Of a stretch of DNA of 64,000 bases, positions 41,262-54,494 are shown piece by piece. The notes under the pieces were generated by a model. The model made no database searches. It saw only the letters and a list, made by a program, of their open reading frames with translations, and was not told where the DNA came from. The stretch covers positions 40,572,106 through 40,636,105 of the forward strand of contig NC_068999.1 in the NCBI RefSeq assembly GCF_001194135.2, given 5' to 3'. Origin of the DNA: Octopus bimaculoides (Eukaryota). Within the stretch, counting starts at the first letter, position 1, and every line of letters begins with the position of its first letter. The translations under genes and the position numbers were made by a program.

Positions 41262-41676
41262 NNNNNNNNNNNNNNNNNNNNNNNNNNNNNNNNNNNNNNN
41301 NNNNNNNNNNNNNNNNNNNNNNNNNNNNNNNNNNNNNNNNNNNNNNNNNNNNNNNNNNNNNNNNNNNNNNNNNNNNNNNNNNNNNNNNNNNNNNNNNNNN
41401 NNNNNNNNNNNNNNNNNNNNNNNNNNNNNNNNNNNNNNNNNNNNNNNNNNNNNNNNNNNNNNNNNNNNNNNNNNNNNNNNNNNNNNNNNNNNNNNNNNNN
41501 NNNNNNNNNNNNNNNNNNNNNNNNNNNNNNNNNNNNNNNNNNNNNNNNNNNNNNNNNNNNNNNNNNNNNNNNNNNNNNNNNNNNNNNNNNNNNNNNNNNN
41601 NNNNNNNNNNNNNNNNNNNNNNNNNNNNNNNNNNNNNNNNNNNNNNNNNNNNNNNNNNNNNNNNNNNNNNNNNNNN

Positions 41677-41725
<49 letters not shown>

Positions 41726-44609
41726 TATATATAAAATGGGCTTCAGCAATTTCCGTCAATATATTTTAGTTTTACTTTATTTTAATAGATGTTTTCTAAG
41801 TATTGATAATCGATGCCTAGCATTGACAATATATCACAAATAATTTTCGTAAGGCAGAGACGGAACGAACATATTAATCTCAGTCTTCGATTGATATTTA
41901 TATTGTGTTTTTTCTTTTGTTTTGTTTTGACAACAAAAGAAGGTCATTTTACGATTCATTTCAGCATGAAGAGCTGTATTAGTATATTTAAACAGCATTA
42001 CTGTCATGCTGTCGATCATCATAGAAATCGATGTTGTCGGTATAATTTTAGTGAAATATGAGTTGCTCCGAGAGAAACGCGTTAACTCGTAAGTGGTCTT
42101 CCGAGAAGATAGTCCTGCACTGGGCAGTGCTGCAGGTTGCAGGTCCGACAGTTATGATAAAAATATATCGACAGCTAAAGGGTAATACTTAGAGGAAATA
42201 ATTTTCTTCACGGTTCATCTAAGACTGATGAAATTCATAAACACATTCGAAAAAAAGCAATCTGAAGGCCGTCAGAATCCTTGCAGACTAATAAATAGCA
42301 ACAACTATTGATGCCTGAATACGCTTCTAAAATTTATGTATTACGGTATTAAATGGTATATAAGACGCACACGTTTTCCGAAATATAGTCTCAAAATATC
42401 ACTCTGAATTTCATATAAGTTGGACCTCATTTTAGCTTTAATGTACTAAAAGCTCCTTTCTCTGGAATTGGGCTGCCGAAATCAAGAGTGGAGCCGATTA
42501 ATATGCTAGTGTATGCTATCAAGGATACTAAACCTTAATTTTTTTTTTTTTTTAGTGTAAAATCTCCACGTTTCATATTTCAGCTCTTTTTCGTCTTTTT
42601 TCGAAAACATTTATGTATATACAGGAAGAGGATTTGATTTTCGTGCTACCAATTTTGTTATTCGGTACCAGTACACCCCCATCAATTCTCTTTCCTATCT
42701 TCTCATAATCTTGTCCATATCGTAGCTGCATCACACACCAGGCTTCACAAAAATCTATTTAATGCAATTCTNNNNNNNNNNNNNNNNNNNNNNNNNNNNN
42801 NNNNNNNNNNNNNNNNNNNNNNNNNNNNNNNNNNNNNNNNNNNNNNNNNNNNNNNNNNNNNNNNNNNNNNNNNNNNNNNNNNNNNNNNNNNNNNNNNNNN
42901 NNNNNNNNNNNNNNNNNNNNNNNNNNNNNNNNNNNNNNNNNNNNNNNNNNNNNNNNNNNNNNNNNNNNNNNNNNNNNTATATATATATATATATGACGAA
43001 GGGAATTTAAAAGTTACATTACAAAGGATATATCATAAACAATTGAAAATTGTTTATGAATATATCAAAGTTTTTTATGCATACGTATATGTTTCTCTAT
43101 ATATAAAATACTTTGTCTCTTTCTGTATGTCTTTTTCCTATGCATTTTCAAACGTCTCTACCAAATAAGCTTCATGTTAAAATGAACCAGAATAAGAATT
43201 GTCACATTACGGAATCAATGACTGTAACTCCGTTTCTTTAAAGAGATTTGGCATGTGTTTGATGCCTTACAATGATGGTGATTGTTGATGACTAAAATAA
43301 AGTTTTAACTAATTAATCTACCAGCGCTACCATTGAGTGGGTTCGAAACAAAACGTCACATCCAAAGTATTCTAACAAGACAGGAATATTAAATATATGT
43401 ATATTCAAAGACTTAAGAAATTCAAAAGAACACAGTTCCCCATTAAATATGGAAAATGCGGATTTTTCTATAAAGTATCTGTATATACACATACACAGGT
43501 AAGGTATAGAAAGCACGGCCAATTTAGATGGTGTATATAGGTTAAATACACAAATAGTATATAACACATGCATAGTTTTATAATGAGATATGCACAAAGC
43601 AAAGTGTGAATAAATGCGCATATACATATATATATACGTGTGTATGTGTGTGTGTGTGCGTGTGTATATATACTATTTGNNNNNNNNNNNNNNNNNNNNN
43701 NNNNNNNNNNNNNNNNNNNNNNNNNNNNNNNNNNNNNNNNNNNNNNNNNNNNNNNNNNNNNNNNNNNNNNNNNNNNNNNNNNNNNNNNNNNNNNNNNNNN
43801 NNNNNNNNNNNNNNNNNNNNNNNNNNNNNNNNNNNNNNNNNNNNNNNNNNNNNNNNNNNNNNNNNNNNNNNNNNNNNNNNNNNNNNNNNNNNNNNNNNNN
43901 NNNNNNNNNNNNNNNNNNNNNNNNNNNNNNNNNNNNNNNNNNNNNNNNNNNNNNNNNNNNNNNNNNNNNNNNNNNNNNNNNNNNNNNNNNNNNNNNNNNN
44001 NNNNTATATATATGACAGTATGCATTTGTTAAATATAAGCGCCCTACATTTCAGTAAACTCACTGGTAATGAGTTTATTTTTAAAAATAGTCTGAATAAA
44101 CCAATTCCAACCATACAACCACGTGTTTTCTTTCATTTACTGTTTTATACATTTTGGTATGTTTACGCCGCCATCATTGCCACCACCAGCACTGCGAACA
44201 ACAACAGCAACAGCAACAGCGTCTGTGATGAGCTTCACAACAAACAGGAAACATTACATTAGAGAACACTTGATGTCTACATCTTATATTCACATCCACC
44301 CTTAACAAAGCGTCAGTTCATTACGACAATCGCTGCCATCGTACCTTCCACCAAAACTATCATCATGGAACACATTACCTCGTAGAAGACCACGCACAAA
44401 CGCACACATGCATATACACACATATATATCTATTTATTTATTTATTTATTTAGAGAGAGATAGAGAGAGAGAGAGACAGATATATATATATATATATTTA
44501 TTTATTTAGAGAGAAAGAGAGAGAGAGAACTAGATAGATAATTACATACATACATACATATACATTTACATATACATAAATATACATGCATACATACATA
44601 TATATTTAT

Positions 44610-44645
<36 letters not shown>

Positions 44646-45288
44646 NNNNNNNNNNNNNNNNNNNNNNNNNNNNNNNNNNNNNNNNNNNNNNNNNNNNNNN
44701 NNNNNNNNNNNNNNNNNNNNNNNNNNNNNNNNNNNNNNNNNNNNNNNNNNNNNNNNNNNNNNNNNNNNNNNNNNNNNNNNNNNNNNNNNNNNNNNNNNNN
44801 NNNNNNNNNNNNNNNNNNNNNNNNNNNNNNNNNNNNNNNNNNNNNNNNNNNNNNNNNNNNNNNNNNNNNNNNNNNNNNNNNNNNNNNNNNNNNNNNNNNN
44901 NNNNNNNNNNNNNNNNNNNNNNNNNNNNNNNNNNNNNNNNNNNNNNNNNNNNNNNNNNNNNNNNNNNNNNNNNNNNNNNNNNNNNNNNNNNNNNNNNNNN
45001 NNNNNNNNNNNNNNNNNNNNNNNNNNNNNNNNNNNNNNNNNNNNNNNNNNNNNNNNNNNNNNNNNNNNNNNNNNNNNNNNNNNNNNNNNNNNNNNNNNNN
45101 NNNNNNNNNNNNNNNNNNNNNNNNNNNNNNNNNNNNNNNNNNNNNNNNNNNNNNNNNNNNNNNNNNNNNNNNNNNNNNNNNNNNNNNNNNNNNNNNNNNN
45201 NNNNNNNNNNNNNNNNNNNNNNNNNNNNNNNNNNNNNNNNNNNNNNNNNNNNNNNNNNNNNNNNNNNNNNNNNNNNNNNNNNNNNNNN

Positions 45289-45325
<37 letters not shown>

Positions 45326-45404
45326 CATATATATAAATGGAGTTCAAAGCAGGTGTTACTCAAATTGTTTTACTTCCGACACATGTTTCGAAGATATCAC
45401 TGGT

Positions 45405-45640
45405 ATTATTCCAAAGGTAAACTTATGTCTTTCAAAGATAGTTACACTAAAAAGAAGGTAACTAATAGTAAACCTATTTGGTTAATTATTCCTTATGGGA
45501 GGCAATTTAAATCTAATCTTCCTTTGCAGTTTCGGGAAGCTATTTTTAGGAATTTTCCCAAGAATTCTAGGTATTACTCTATTATGAACTCACACACGGT
45601 TAGGACTGTTTTTTCCAACAAAATATCTCTCACAAATTAC
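45405..45640 (+). pseudogene. Penelope-like element ORF fragment (region between RT and GIY-YIG)
   Basis: ORF 45353..45652 contains KPIWLIIPYGRQFKSNLPLQFREAIFRNFPKNSRYYSIMNSHTVRTVFS, which aligns by eye with the recalled PLE motif IIWFNPPYS.NVKTNIG..F...I.KHFPK...LHKIFNRNTVK.SYS. Confidence 0.5.
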
Positions 45641-48487
45641 CTCCTCACATAATATTAGCCTGTTAAATAGGTATACATTTACTAATACTAACATTAATTT
45701 ACCTAATAACATCCATCCCCCTAGAAATATTAATAACAAGGTTATTGTATCTGAAGTCAATTACAACAGAATCGAGTTTAAACTGAAGTAACTCTATAGA
45801 GAAGGAAATAGATATATATATTAGAAGGAGAATGGTATTAGTCAAAATGAATAGGGGAACAAAGAAGAAAGAAAGAGAAAGAAAAAATGAAAAAAAGAGA
45901 GCTAGATGGGGGTCAAGATATTGTGAGGATGAAAGAGGAAATAACAGGATAAAAGGAATAGGGGGAGGGATAGAAGGAAGAGATAAAAATGTAACGAAGG
46001 AACGGTTTATTTAGATTATTATTTCTGTTTCATTATCAATTTTAAGTTAGTAGGATGTAAGAGGGGGGAGAATTGTTTAAGATTTTTTTCCGTATGAATG
46101 TGTTAAAATTATATTTAGAGTTATATATTTATATAATTATAATTTAGCATAAATTTGGTTGTCAAAGCAATACAAATAAAGGTAATTGAATAATAAATAA
46201 TAAAGTAATGAGCAGACATTTATAATACTGTTAAGTGTGTTTCCTCAAATATTATTAAGAAAAAGAATTATGAAAAGGTGTGTTGTTAAAAGAGTAGACA
46301 AATGTGAAAATATAAATATAAGAACATGAGTACACACATATATTTGTTTATATTTCTATATGTATTTGATTATAAATATTAAGTTTTGAAACAGTATATG
46401 CTTGGATGACACCATCCCTACATAAGGCCAACATTACCTCTAATTCTAGTTTCGGTGCGTCTTGCAAACTGTTCAATAGTCAAAACTATTGAAAAGGTTG
46501 CAATATGCAACGAGAATTTTAGAAAAATAAAAAAAGAAATAAGTAGAAATTTTACCGGTGAGTGTGTTAAATTATAAGGCACCAAAAGAGAATGACTCTC
46601 CCCAGACATAAAAAAGTTTGATTCAAATTCATTGATAATCCGAGTTTCAAACGTGATGCTAGTCGAGTTTGAACATAAAACAGTTAGAATATTTGGATGG
46701 GTCTAAATGTTAAACGAATACATCTGTAAGCAGTGAGTAGATTCTTACTTTCCTAGTCTCAACATTTTTCAATTCAGCAGCCTTTAATTAACTATATTAT
46801 GGCTATAATTAATAATTGGTTTGGTTATCGTATTTAAACCTACAGTTCAAGCATTGAATTCAGTTTTTAACATTAGTCAACTTTTTTATAGTATTCACTA
46901 TAAATATTCTTTTTGCCATTCTGTGCTGCATTTTAGATATTTTGCTTATATCAAGATATTTGTATATGCGACTGTGGATTTAAGTCTCCGATTTTAATGC
47001 CGAGATATAACATAATTTTTCTCGGTGCTAGTTATTCTGCGGTTTCTTAAAGTCGATTTCGCACATTTGTCTAACAACATAATCTTCACATCATACTCAA
47101 TTTTACGGCAATACTAAAACTGTTGACAATTTTTCTTAGGTTTTCTTGTTTGATATTACTAAAGGTATGATATTTCTAAAGGTACGTTACCGTCAATTTA
47201 TTGTTGTTGCTGTTCTTATTTTTATTGTCATTATAATTGCTATATAATATCATTGTGATTCATAATCATCGTCATGTATTTATAATGACAGTTATAATTA
47301 TAAGAAATGAGTGACATGAAATGCAAAACGTGATGGATTTGCTTAATATAACGTGGAGAAAAGAAAAAGAAGAAAACGAAAGACCATTCAGAAGAAAGAA
47401 AACGAGAAAGAAGAAAACAACGAAATCAATAGCAATGCAAAAGACAAAAGTTACGAGATCAAGAACAGGAAGTAGAAACCTATCAGCACGAACACCAATA
47501 CACACACACACACACACACACACAGATACACACACACAGATACATACACACATATACACAGATAAGCAAACACAGACACACACACATGCACATACGCGCA
47601 CAAACACGAATACTTCATATATATATATATATATAGGCAGATATGTATGTATATATATCTATCTATATATATGTATATATATATATGCATATATATTTAG
47701 ACATATATGCATGTAAATATATATATATAAATANNNNNNNNNNNNNNNNNNNNNNNNNNNNNNNNNNNNNNNNNNNNNNNNNNNNNNNNNNNNNNNNNNN
47801 NNNNNNNNNNNNNNNNNNNNNNNNNNNNNNNNNNNNNNNNNNNNNNNNNNNNNNNNNNNNNNNNNNNNNNNNNNNNNNNNNNNNNNNNNNNNNNNNNNNN
47901 NNNNNNNNNNNNNNNNNNNNNNNNNNNNNNNNNNNNNNNNNNNNNNNNNNNNNNNNNNNNNNNNNNNNNNNNNNNNNNNNNNNNNNNNNNNNNNNNNNNN
48001 NNNNNNNNNNNNNNNNNNNNNNNNNNNNNNNNNNNNNNNNNNNNNNNNNNNNNNNNNNNNNNNNNNNNNNNNNNNNNNNNNNNNNNNNNNNNNNNNNNNN
48101 NNNNNNNNNNNNNNNNNNNNNNNNNNNNNNNNNNNNNNNNNNNNNNNNNNNNNNNNNNNNNNNNNNNNNNNNNNNNNNNNNNNNNNNNNNNNNNNNNNNN
48201 NNNNNNNNNNNNNNNNNNNNNNNNNNNNNNNNNNNNNNNNNNNNNNNNNNNNNNNNNNNNNNNNNNNNNNNNNNNNNNNNNNNNNNNNNNNNNNNNNNNN
48301 NNNNNNNNNNNNNNNNNNNNNNNNNNNNNNNNNNNNNNNNNNNNNNNNNNNNNNNNNNNNNNNNNNNNNNNNNNNNNNNNNNNNNNNNNNNNNNNNNNNN
48401 NNNNNNNNNNNNNNNNNNNNNNNNNNNNNNNNNNNNNNNNNNNNNNNNNNNNNNNNNNNNNNNNNNNNNNNNNNNNNNNNNNNACGC

Positions 48488-48522
<35 letters not shown>

Positions 48523-50332
48523 GGTAGGTAGGTAGGTAGGTAGGTAGGTAAGTAGGTAGGTAGGTAGGTAGATAGGTAGGTAGGTAGGTAGGTAGGTAGG
48601 TAGGTAGGTATATCTGTCCAAGTCAGTGCAGATTACCATCTTTGCAGGAATGTGGCCCCACCACAAGCACCGTGACAGAAAATTGTTAGACATGAAATCT
48701 CTGGGTGTCCTTCTGTGGCGCTGTAGCAAGTAATTCATAGGTTTCCACATTCTACTTCAATGCACCCGTTCATATTCACTTAGGGTTTCCTTGAAATGTA
48801 TAACTTCTGTGAAATATTCCTGCCACCCATATTAAAACTCATAAAAAAGACTTTGGTGGTTCGTTTCCAGAGAACAACTGAGAAAATCGTCTTCAAATAC
48901 GACGGAGATCCAGCGACTTAATATGTTTTTGTTGTAAGGTTGTTCGTGTGTGTGAGAGAGTACGTATGTGTTTCATTTATAAACCGCTTTTAAGTTCATT
49001 GCAATAAACCTGTTTAGGTATTTATGTACTTAATTTTATGAAACCGTTTTCCTAATTTTCACACTTCTTCTATTCTACGTCTTCTCATATTTCTTCTTCT
49101 TCTTCATCCCCCGCTCATCCCCTCCTCCTCCTCCTCCTCCTCCTTCTTATTATTCTTCTTATTCTTCTTTTTCTTCTTCTTCTTCTTCTTCTTCTTCTGC
49201 TTCTTCTTCTTCTTCTTCTTCTTCTTCTTCTTCTTCTTCTTCTTCTTCTTCTTCTTCTTCTTCTTCTTCTTCTTCTTCTNNNNNNNNNNNNNNNNNNNNN
49301 NNNNNNNNNNNNNNNNNNNNNNNNNNNNNNNNNNNNNNNNNNNNNNNNNNNNNNNNNNNNNNNNNNNNNNNNNNNNNNNNNNNNNNNNNNNNNNNNNNNN
49401 NNNNNNNNNNNNNNNNNNNNNNNNNNNNNNNNNNNNNNNNNNNNNNNNNNNNNNNNNNNNNNNNNNNNNNNNNNNNNNNNNNNNNNNNNNNNNNNNNNNN
49501 NNNNNNNNNNNNNNNNNNNNNNNNNNNNNNNNNNNNNNNNNNNNNNNNNNNNNNNNNNNNNNNNNNNNNNNNNNNNNNNNNNNNNNNNNNNNNNNNNNNN
49601 NNNNNNNNNNNNNNNNNNNNNNNNNNNNNNNNNNNNNNNNNNNNNNNNNNNNNNNNNNNNNNNNNNNNNNNNNNNNNNNNNNNNNNNNNNNNNNNNNNNN
49701 NNNNNNNNNNNNNNNNNNNNNNNNNNNNNNNNNNNNNNNNNNNNNNNNNNNNNNNNNNNNNNNNNNNNNNNNNNNNNNNNNNNNNNNNNNNNNNNNNNNN
49801 NNNNNNNNNNNNNNNNNNNNNNNNNNNNNNNNNNNNNNNNNNNNNNNNNNNNNNNNNNNNNNATATATATGTATGTATGTATATACACACACACACATCA
49901 ATCTATCTCTCTCATTCATTATTTCCCACACTGTCACTGTTAGCGTGAATTAATAATGGCGACTGTGCAGATTGCGTACATCCACTCAACTTTAAAAAAT
50001 TATATATTTTTTCTTTTTTACAGCAGCAGAGATAAGGTGAAGAATATGGCATCTGCCTGTTCTAACGTGATGGCATTAATTTCGTTCATTAGTTCCAACA
50101 ATCATCATTAAGATAATTAGCTAAATGTTGCAGAAAATACGGGTGTTTTTGCTCATATAAGCGTTAACTTTCTATGTGTGTTCGTAATGCATACATACAT
50201 GTGTGTTTGTGCGTGGGCATTTTGTTCTTGGACAAGCACAAGATAAGAAAGATTTACAAGGATAAATACATACCTGCCTACTCATAAACACATATACATC
50301 TACAGTTACAGACACGCATAATTATTTATGCA

Positions 50333-50616
50333 TAAGAGAGGCGACTGAAAACTTGTAGGCTAACGAAGATATTCTCATGGGCTGAGCCCAAATGAGGTTT
50401 AGTTTTCAAAATAGTCCTTTTCATCGTCCACACATTTCTTCCCTCGGTGTTGAAGTCTTTGGATCATAATGGGGAAGAACCTTTCATCTAGTTGGTCGAA
50501 AAAGTCATCAACAGCAAATATGACATCATCTTCACTGAGATACTGGTTCCCAGCCAAATGGTTTTTTTCATGTTGGAGAACAAATGATAGTCAGATGGGG
50601 CCAAATGAGGGGAATA
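50333..50616 (-). mobile_element. Mariner 3' end fragment (second family) with TIR
   Basis: YSPHLAPSDYHLFSNMKK-[frameshift]-HLAGNQYLSEDDVIFAVDDFFDQLDERFFPIMIQRLQHRGKKCVDDEKDYFEN*, followed by the TIR-like TAAGAGAGGCGACTGAAAACT (50333-50353). Confidence 0.8.
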
Positions 50617-50619
50617 TGT

Positions 50620-51120
50620 TGCGTCGTCATCGTCGTGGTCGTCGTGCAGTATCTGCTGTGACTGTAGAGGATCACATGGGTGCATAAGTCACATGTACAG
50701 TGATTGCATTTGGAGGAGCTCTTAACCGAATCTACTGGCTTTTCTTTAACACGGATGCGCTTTCCTTTTGTGGCGTGTTTTTGTTTCTCTTCCTCTGGCT
50801 TCATCCCCTTTCACAGTGTTTGCCTCCAGCGTGGGCAATCAGTTGTGACATCCTCCCATCTCAGGACTTCCAGATCAAGCGACTTCGTATCTCTCTTGCA
50901 GACGTCCTTGAAATGACGATGTGATCGTCCTTGTGCGCATGTGTCCGTAGCCAATTCCCCATTCCGGAGTTCTTTTGGGATCCTCCCGTCCGGCATGCGA
51001 TGCACATGACCGAGCCATCGCAAATGGCACTGCTGGAGCAGGGGAAATATACTGGGTATCTTTGTGCGGTTGAAGATTTTGGTGTTAGTGATGCGATGTG
51101 TCCACTTGATATCCATGTAC
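50620..51120 (-). mobile_element. RTE-clade LINE 3' end
   Basis: ORFs 50811..51116 and 50568..50804: KWTHRITNTKIF...LRWLGHVHRMPDGRIPKEL..GEL..G.....FKDVCKRD, then a C-terminal C..C...C...LYSH.RYC motif typical of RTE/BovB-like ORF ends, with a short ACG-type tail. Confidence 0.85.
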
Positions 51121-51874
51121 TCATAATGAGATACATAAATATGTTCTTTATTTTCATAATTCCTTAATCTCTTGTCATTTTTTCGTAACCCTTACCTTAA
51201 GAACGCAGCACCATATATCGTTTATATTTGTTGAAACAACTAGCATCGCCTTTGTCTGAGAAATAATGAGCTGTTCTGCTGCAAATAACTGCCTAATATA
51301 TATATTAATATTTCAACGCTCAACTTCAAAACTTATATTCGCTTATATTCATTTGTTCATTTTCTTATATATTTTTCAATTATTCTAATTTTTCTTTCAT
51401 TTTGTGTTTTCATTTCAATGATGTCGTATATTCCCCTTGATATTTCAGTCAATATAAGAACCAGTTTGAATTTCTAATTTCTATTTCAAATCGTCTCGAA
51501 GGTGTGACGCTTGCGTGTTCAAATTTTCTTTAGATAGCTGTAATTATTGTAAAATTAAGTACGTGTTAGTAAAACAGATATAGAAAGAATACTTTGCAAA
51601 ACAAAAGAAATGATATTTTTCGATAATCTTCAAAATAGTTAAATATATCTATCTATCTATCTCNNNNNNNNNNNNNNNNNNNNNNNNNNNNNNNNNNNNN
51701 NNNNNNNNNNNNNNNNNNNNNNNNNNNNNNNNNNNNNNNNNNNNNNNNNNNNNNNNNNNNNNNNNNNNNNNNNNNNNNNNNNNNNNNNNNNNNNNNNNNN
51801 NNNNNNNNNNNNNNNNNNNNNNNNNNNNNNNNNNNNNNNNNNNNNNNNNNNNNNNNNNNNNNNNNNNNNNNNNN

Positions 51875-53094
51875 AAAGGTTTAATAAAAAGATAACAACT
51901 AATTAGTCAGTAATGTATTCACCTTTGTTGTTTACAAATTCTTTCCAACGTTCAACAAGATTTTCAATACCTCGTTGGTAGAAATCACCCGATTTCGACT
52001 CGAAAAATTGATCCAGCCAAGCTCTCAATTCTGCATCAGTATTGAACGAAACTCTGCACAAAGCATTTGAAAGAGATTGAAAGAGGTGGAAATCCGTTGG
52101 TACCAAATCAGGAGAGTACGGCGGAAGTGGCAGCACTTCCCAGCCATGCGTTTGAATAGCTTCCTTGATCATATCGGCTATATGAGGGCGGGCGTTGTCG
52201 TGCAGCAGAAGAACTCTATGCTGCCGATTAGATCTTTTCTCTTGAATAGCCGTGTCGAATCGTTCCATCTATTGAACATACAGTTCCATGTTAAAAATTT
52301 GGTCCCGTTCAAGTAATTCGTAATGGATAGTTTCTTCCCAGTCCCACCATACGCATAACATCGTTTTACGCGGATGAAGATCTTGTTTTACGCGCGGTGT
52401 TGCTTGTTTCCTGCGGCTAAGCCATTCCAAACGCTGCTTCATATTGATGTACAGGCACCATTTTTCGTCGCCTGTAACGATTCGGTAAAGAAATCGCTCC
52501 TTGTGTCCATGAGTTGAGCGGTGACGACCAAGCAAACCAGCGGAGATCGTGGCTCGTTGATTTTTGTTGTTGTCACTTAAAGCATGCGGAACACATGTTC
52601 CATACTTCTGAACCTTTCCCATCGAGTGAAGATGCTTCTCTATAGCAGTTTGAGAACATTCCATTTTCTCTGCTAGTTCCCTTGTCGTTTGACGAGAATT
52701 TTCGGTGCAAAAGTTGGTTTAATCGCTCTTCATCGAACTCAACTGGACGGCTAGAACGAGGCGCGTCTTTGAGGTCAAAATTTTTTGAACTTGGCATACC
52801 AATCACGAGCGGTTCTTTCAGCCATGGCACCCTCTCTATACACAGCAGAAATGTCGCGAGCAGCTTCTGCGGCCTTAGAACCTTGATTAAAAGCAAAAGG
52901 AAGGAGGCGTCGAAAATGCCCGTTTTTAACTTGACATTCCATTTTAACGATCTGAAAATAAACAAAAATTAGCTAAAATTAACTAAGAATAAAAAAAACA
53001 AAATAGATTCCAAACTGAATCAAAAGTAGAATTCTCGAAAAAAATAGATTCCAAAATTTTTAAAAACCGCGTGGACTTAGTTGCCAACCCAATA
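51875..53094 (-). mobile_element. Near-full-length mariner transposon (DD34D); one TIR visible, the other end runs into an N-gap
   Basis: TIR ...ACTTAGTTGCCAACCCAA plus TA at 53075-53094. The transposase lies at 51903-52942. The left end enters the gap 51664-51874. Confidence 0.95.
51903..52942 (-). pseudogene. Mariner transposase pseudogene (two frameshifts, one nonsense codon)
   Basis: MECQVKNGHFRRLL...ERTARDWYAKFK [frameshift] NFDLKDAPRSSRPVEFDEERLNQLLH [frameshift] ...CVPHAL...IVTGDEKW...CVWWD...YVQ* MERF...HDNARPH...YSPDLVPTDFHLF...GEYITD*. I counted 34 residues between the second and third catalytic Asp. Confidence 0.95.
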
Positions 53095-53107
53095 TGTGTG
53101 TGTGTGT

Positions 53108-53163
<56 letters not shown>

Positions 53164-53200
53164 ATGTACATATATATATATAAATATAACTATATATCAT

Positions 53201-53241
53201 AAATTTTAAAAAACGGCGAGAACTTAGTTGCCAACCCAATA
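53201..53241. mobile_element. Solo second copy of the mariner TIR
   Basis: AAATTTTAAAAAACGGCGAGAACTTAGTTGCCAACCCAATA, in the same orientation as 53054-53094. Confidence 0.85.
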
Positions 53242-53321
53242 AAAAGATATATTAATATGGACATATATGTGTATGCAAATATATTTGTGTGTGTGTACGT
53301 ATGTGTGTGTGCATAAATATC

Positions 53322-53352
<31 letters not shown>

Positions 53353-53782
53353 CTATCGATCTATCGATCTATCTATTTATATGACTGAGGCGAATAGATT
53401 CTTACACGTACCTATGACTATTTAAACTGGATTACTGTGTAATTCGAATATATACCCTGTATCTATAGCATTTTATGAGATAATTCGGTATCCATCAGGA
53501 TAATTTATCTCTTGTTTACTCTTATCTATCTGTGTGTGTGTGTGTGTGTGTGTGTGTGAGAGTACAGAGATAAGGAATTACATGGATGCATTGAAACATT
53601 TCTTCATACGTATATAGATATTTTCATATAAAAACACTGATTCCTACACACGGCGTAGATACATACGCATACGCATGGATATATAGATATATGCATGGAT
53701 ATGTATGTGACTATATATTATAATATATAATATACAGGAATACACGCACACACACACACACACGCGCACATACACACACACA

Positions 53783-53864
<82 letters not shown>

Positions 53865-54238
53865 CGTCAATATACATACGCGCAATAAGCGATCACACAC
53901 GCACATGTGTATGTAAGTATACAAGTTTATATGTATATTTAATTATAAAGATAGATCTAAACTATGGAAATGAGTAAAAGTTGTCAATGAGATCACATTA
54001 AATATTTATGAATACACATATTGTGAAGAACATTTTACGATGTTTCCCTTCAATGGGTGCTCAGAACCGCAATAATAATAATTGATCGCTCTAATATGTT
54101 TATCGATGTTTTATTAAGCAGAAAATAAAACACCCCAGCGGATTATTGTATAGCAATATGTAGGTGGCATAAATATATGCGAATACAGGGGAGCTTACAT
54201 ACGCCCATCTTTCTTTCTTTCTAAAACATATACACACA

Positions 54239-54280
<42 letters not shown>

Positions 54281-54448
54281 NNNNNNNNNNNNNNNNNNNN
54301 NNNNNNNNNNNNNNNNNNNNNNNNNNNNNNNNNNNNNNNNNNNNNNNNNNNNNNNNNNNNNNNNNNNNNNNNNNNNNNNNNNNNNNNNNNNNNNNNNNNN
54401 NNNNNNNNNNNNNNNNNNNNNNNNNNNNNNNNNNNNNCATATATGCAT

Positions 54449-54494
<46 letters not shown>

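Noticed and set aside
50005-50045. Strong acceptor TTTTTTCTTTTTTACAG|CAGCAG
   Set aside because: No convincing reading frame or partner exon; such motifs are common by chance in T-rich DNA.
52573-52972. ORFs 52573..52965 (-) and 52682..52972 (+) as separate genes
   Set aside because: They are off-frame and antisense readings of the frameshifted mariner transposase.
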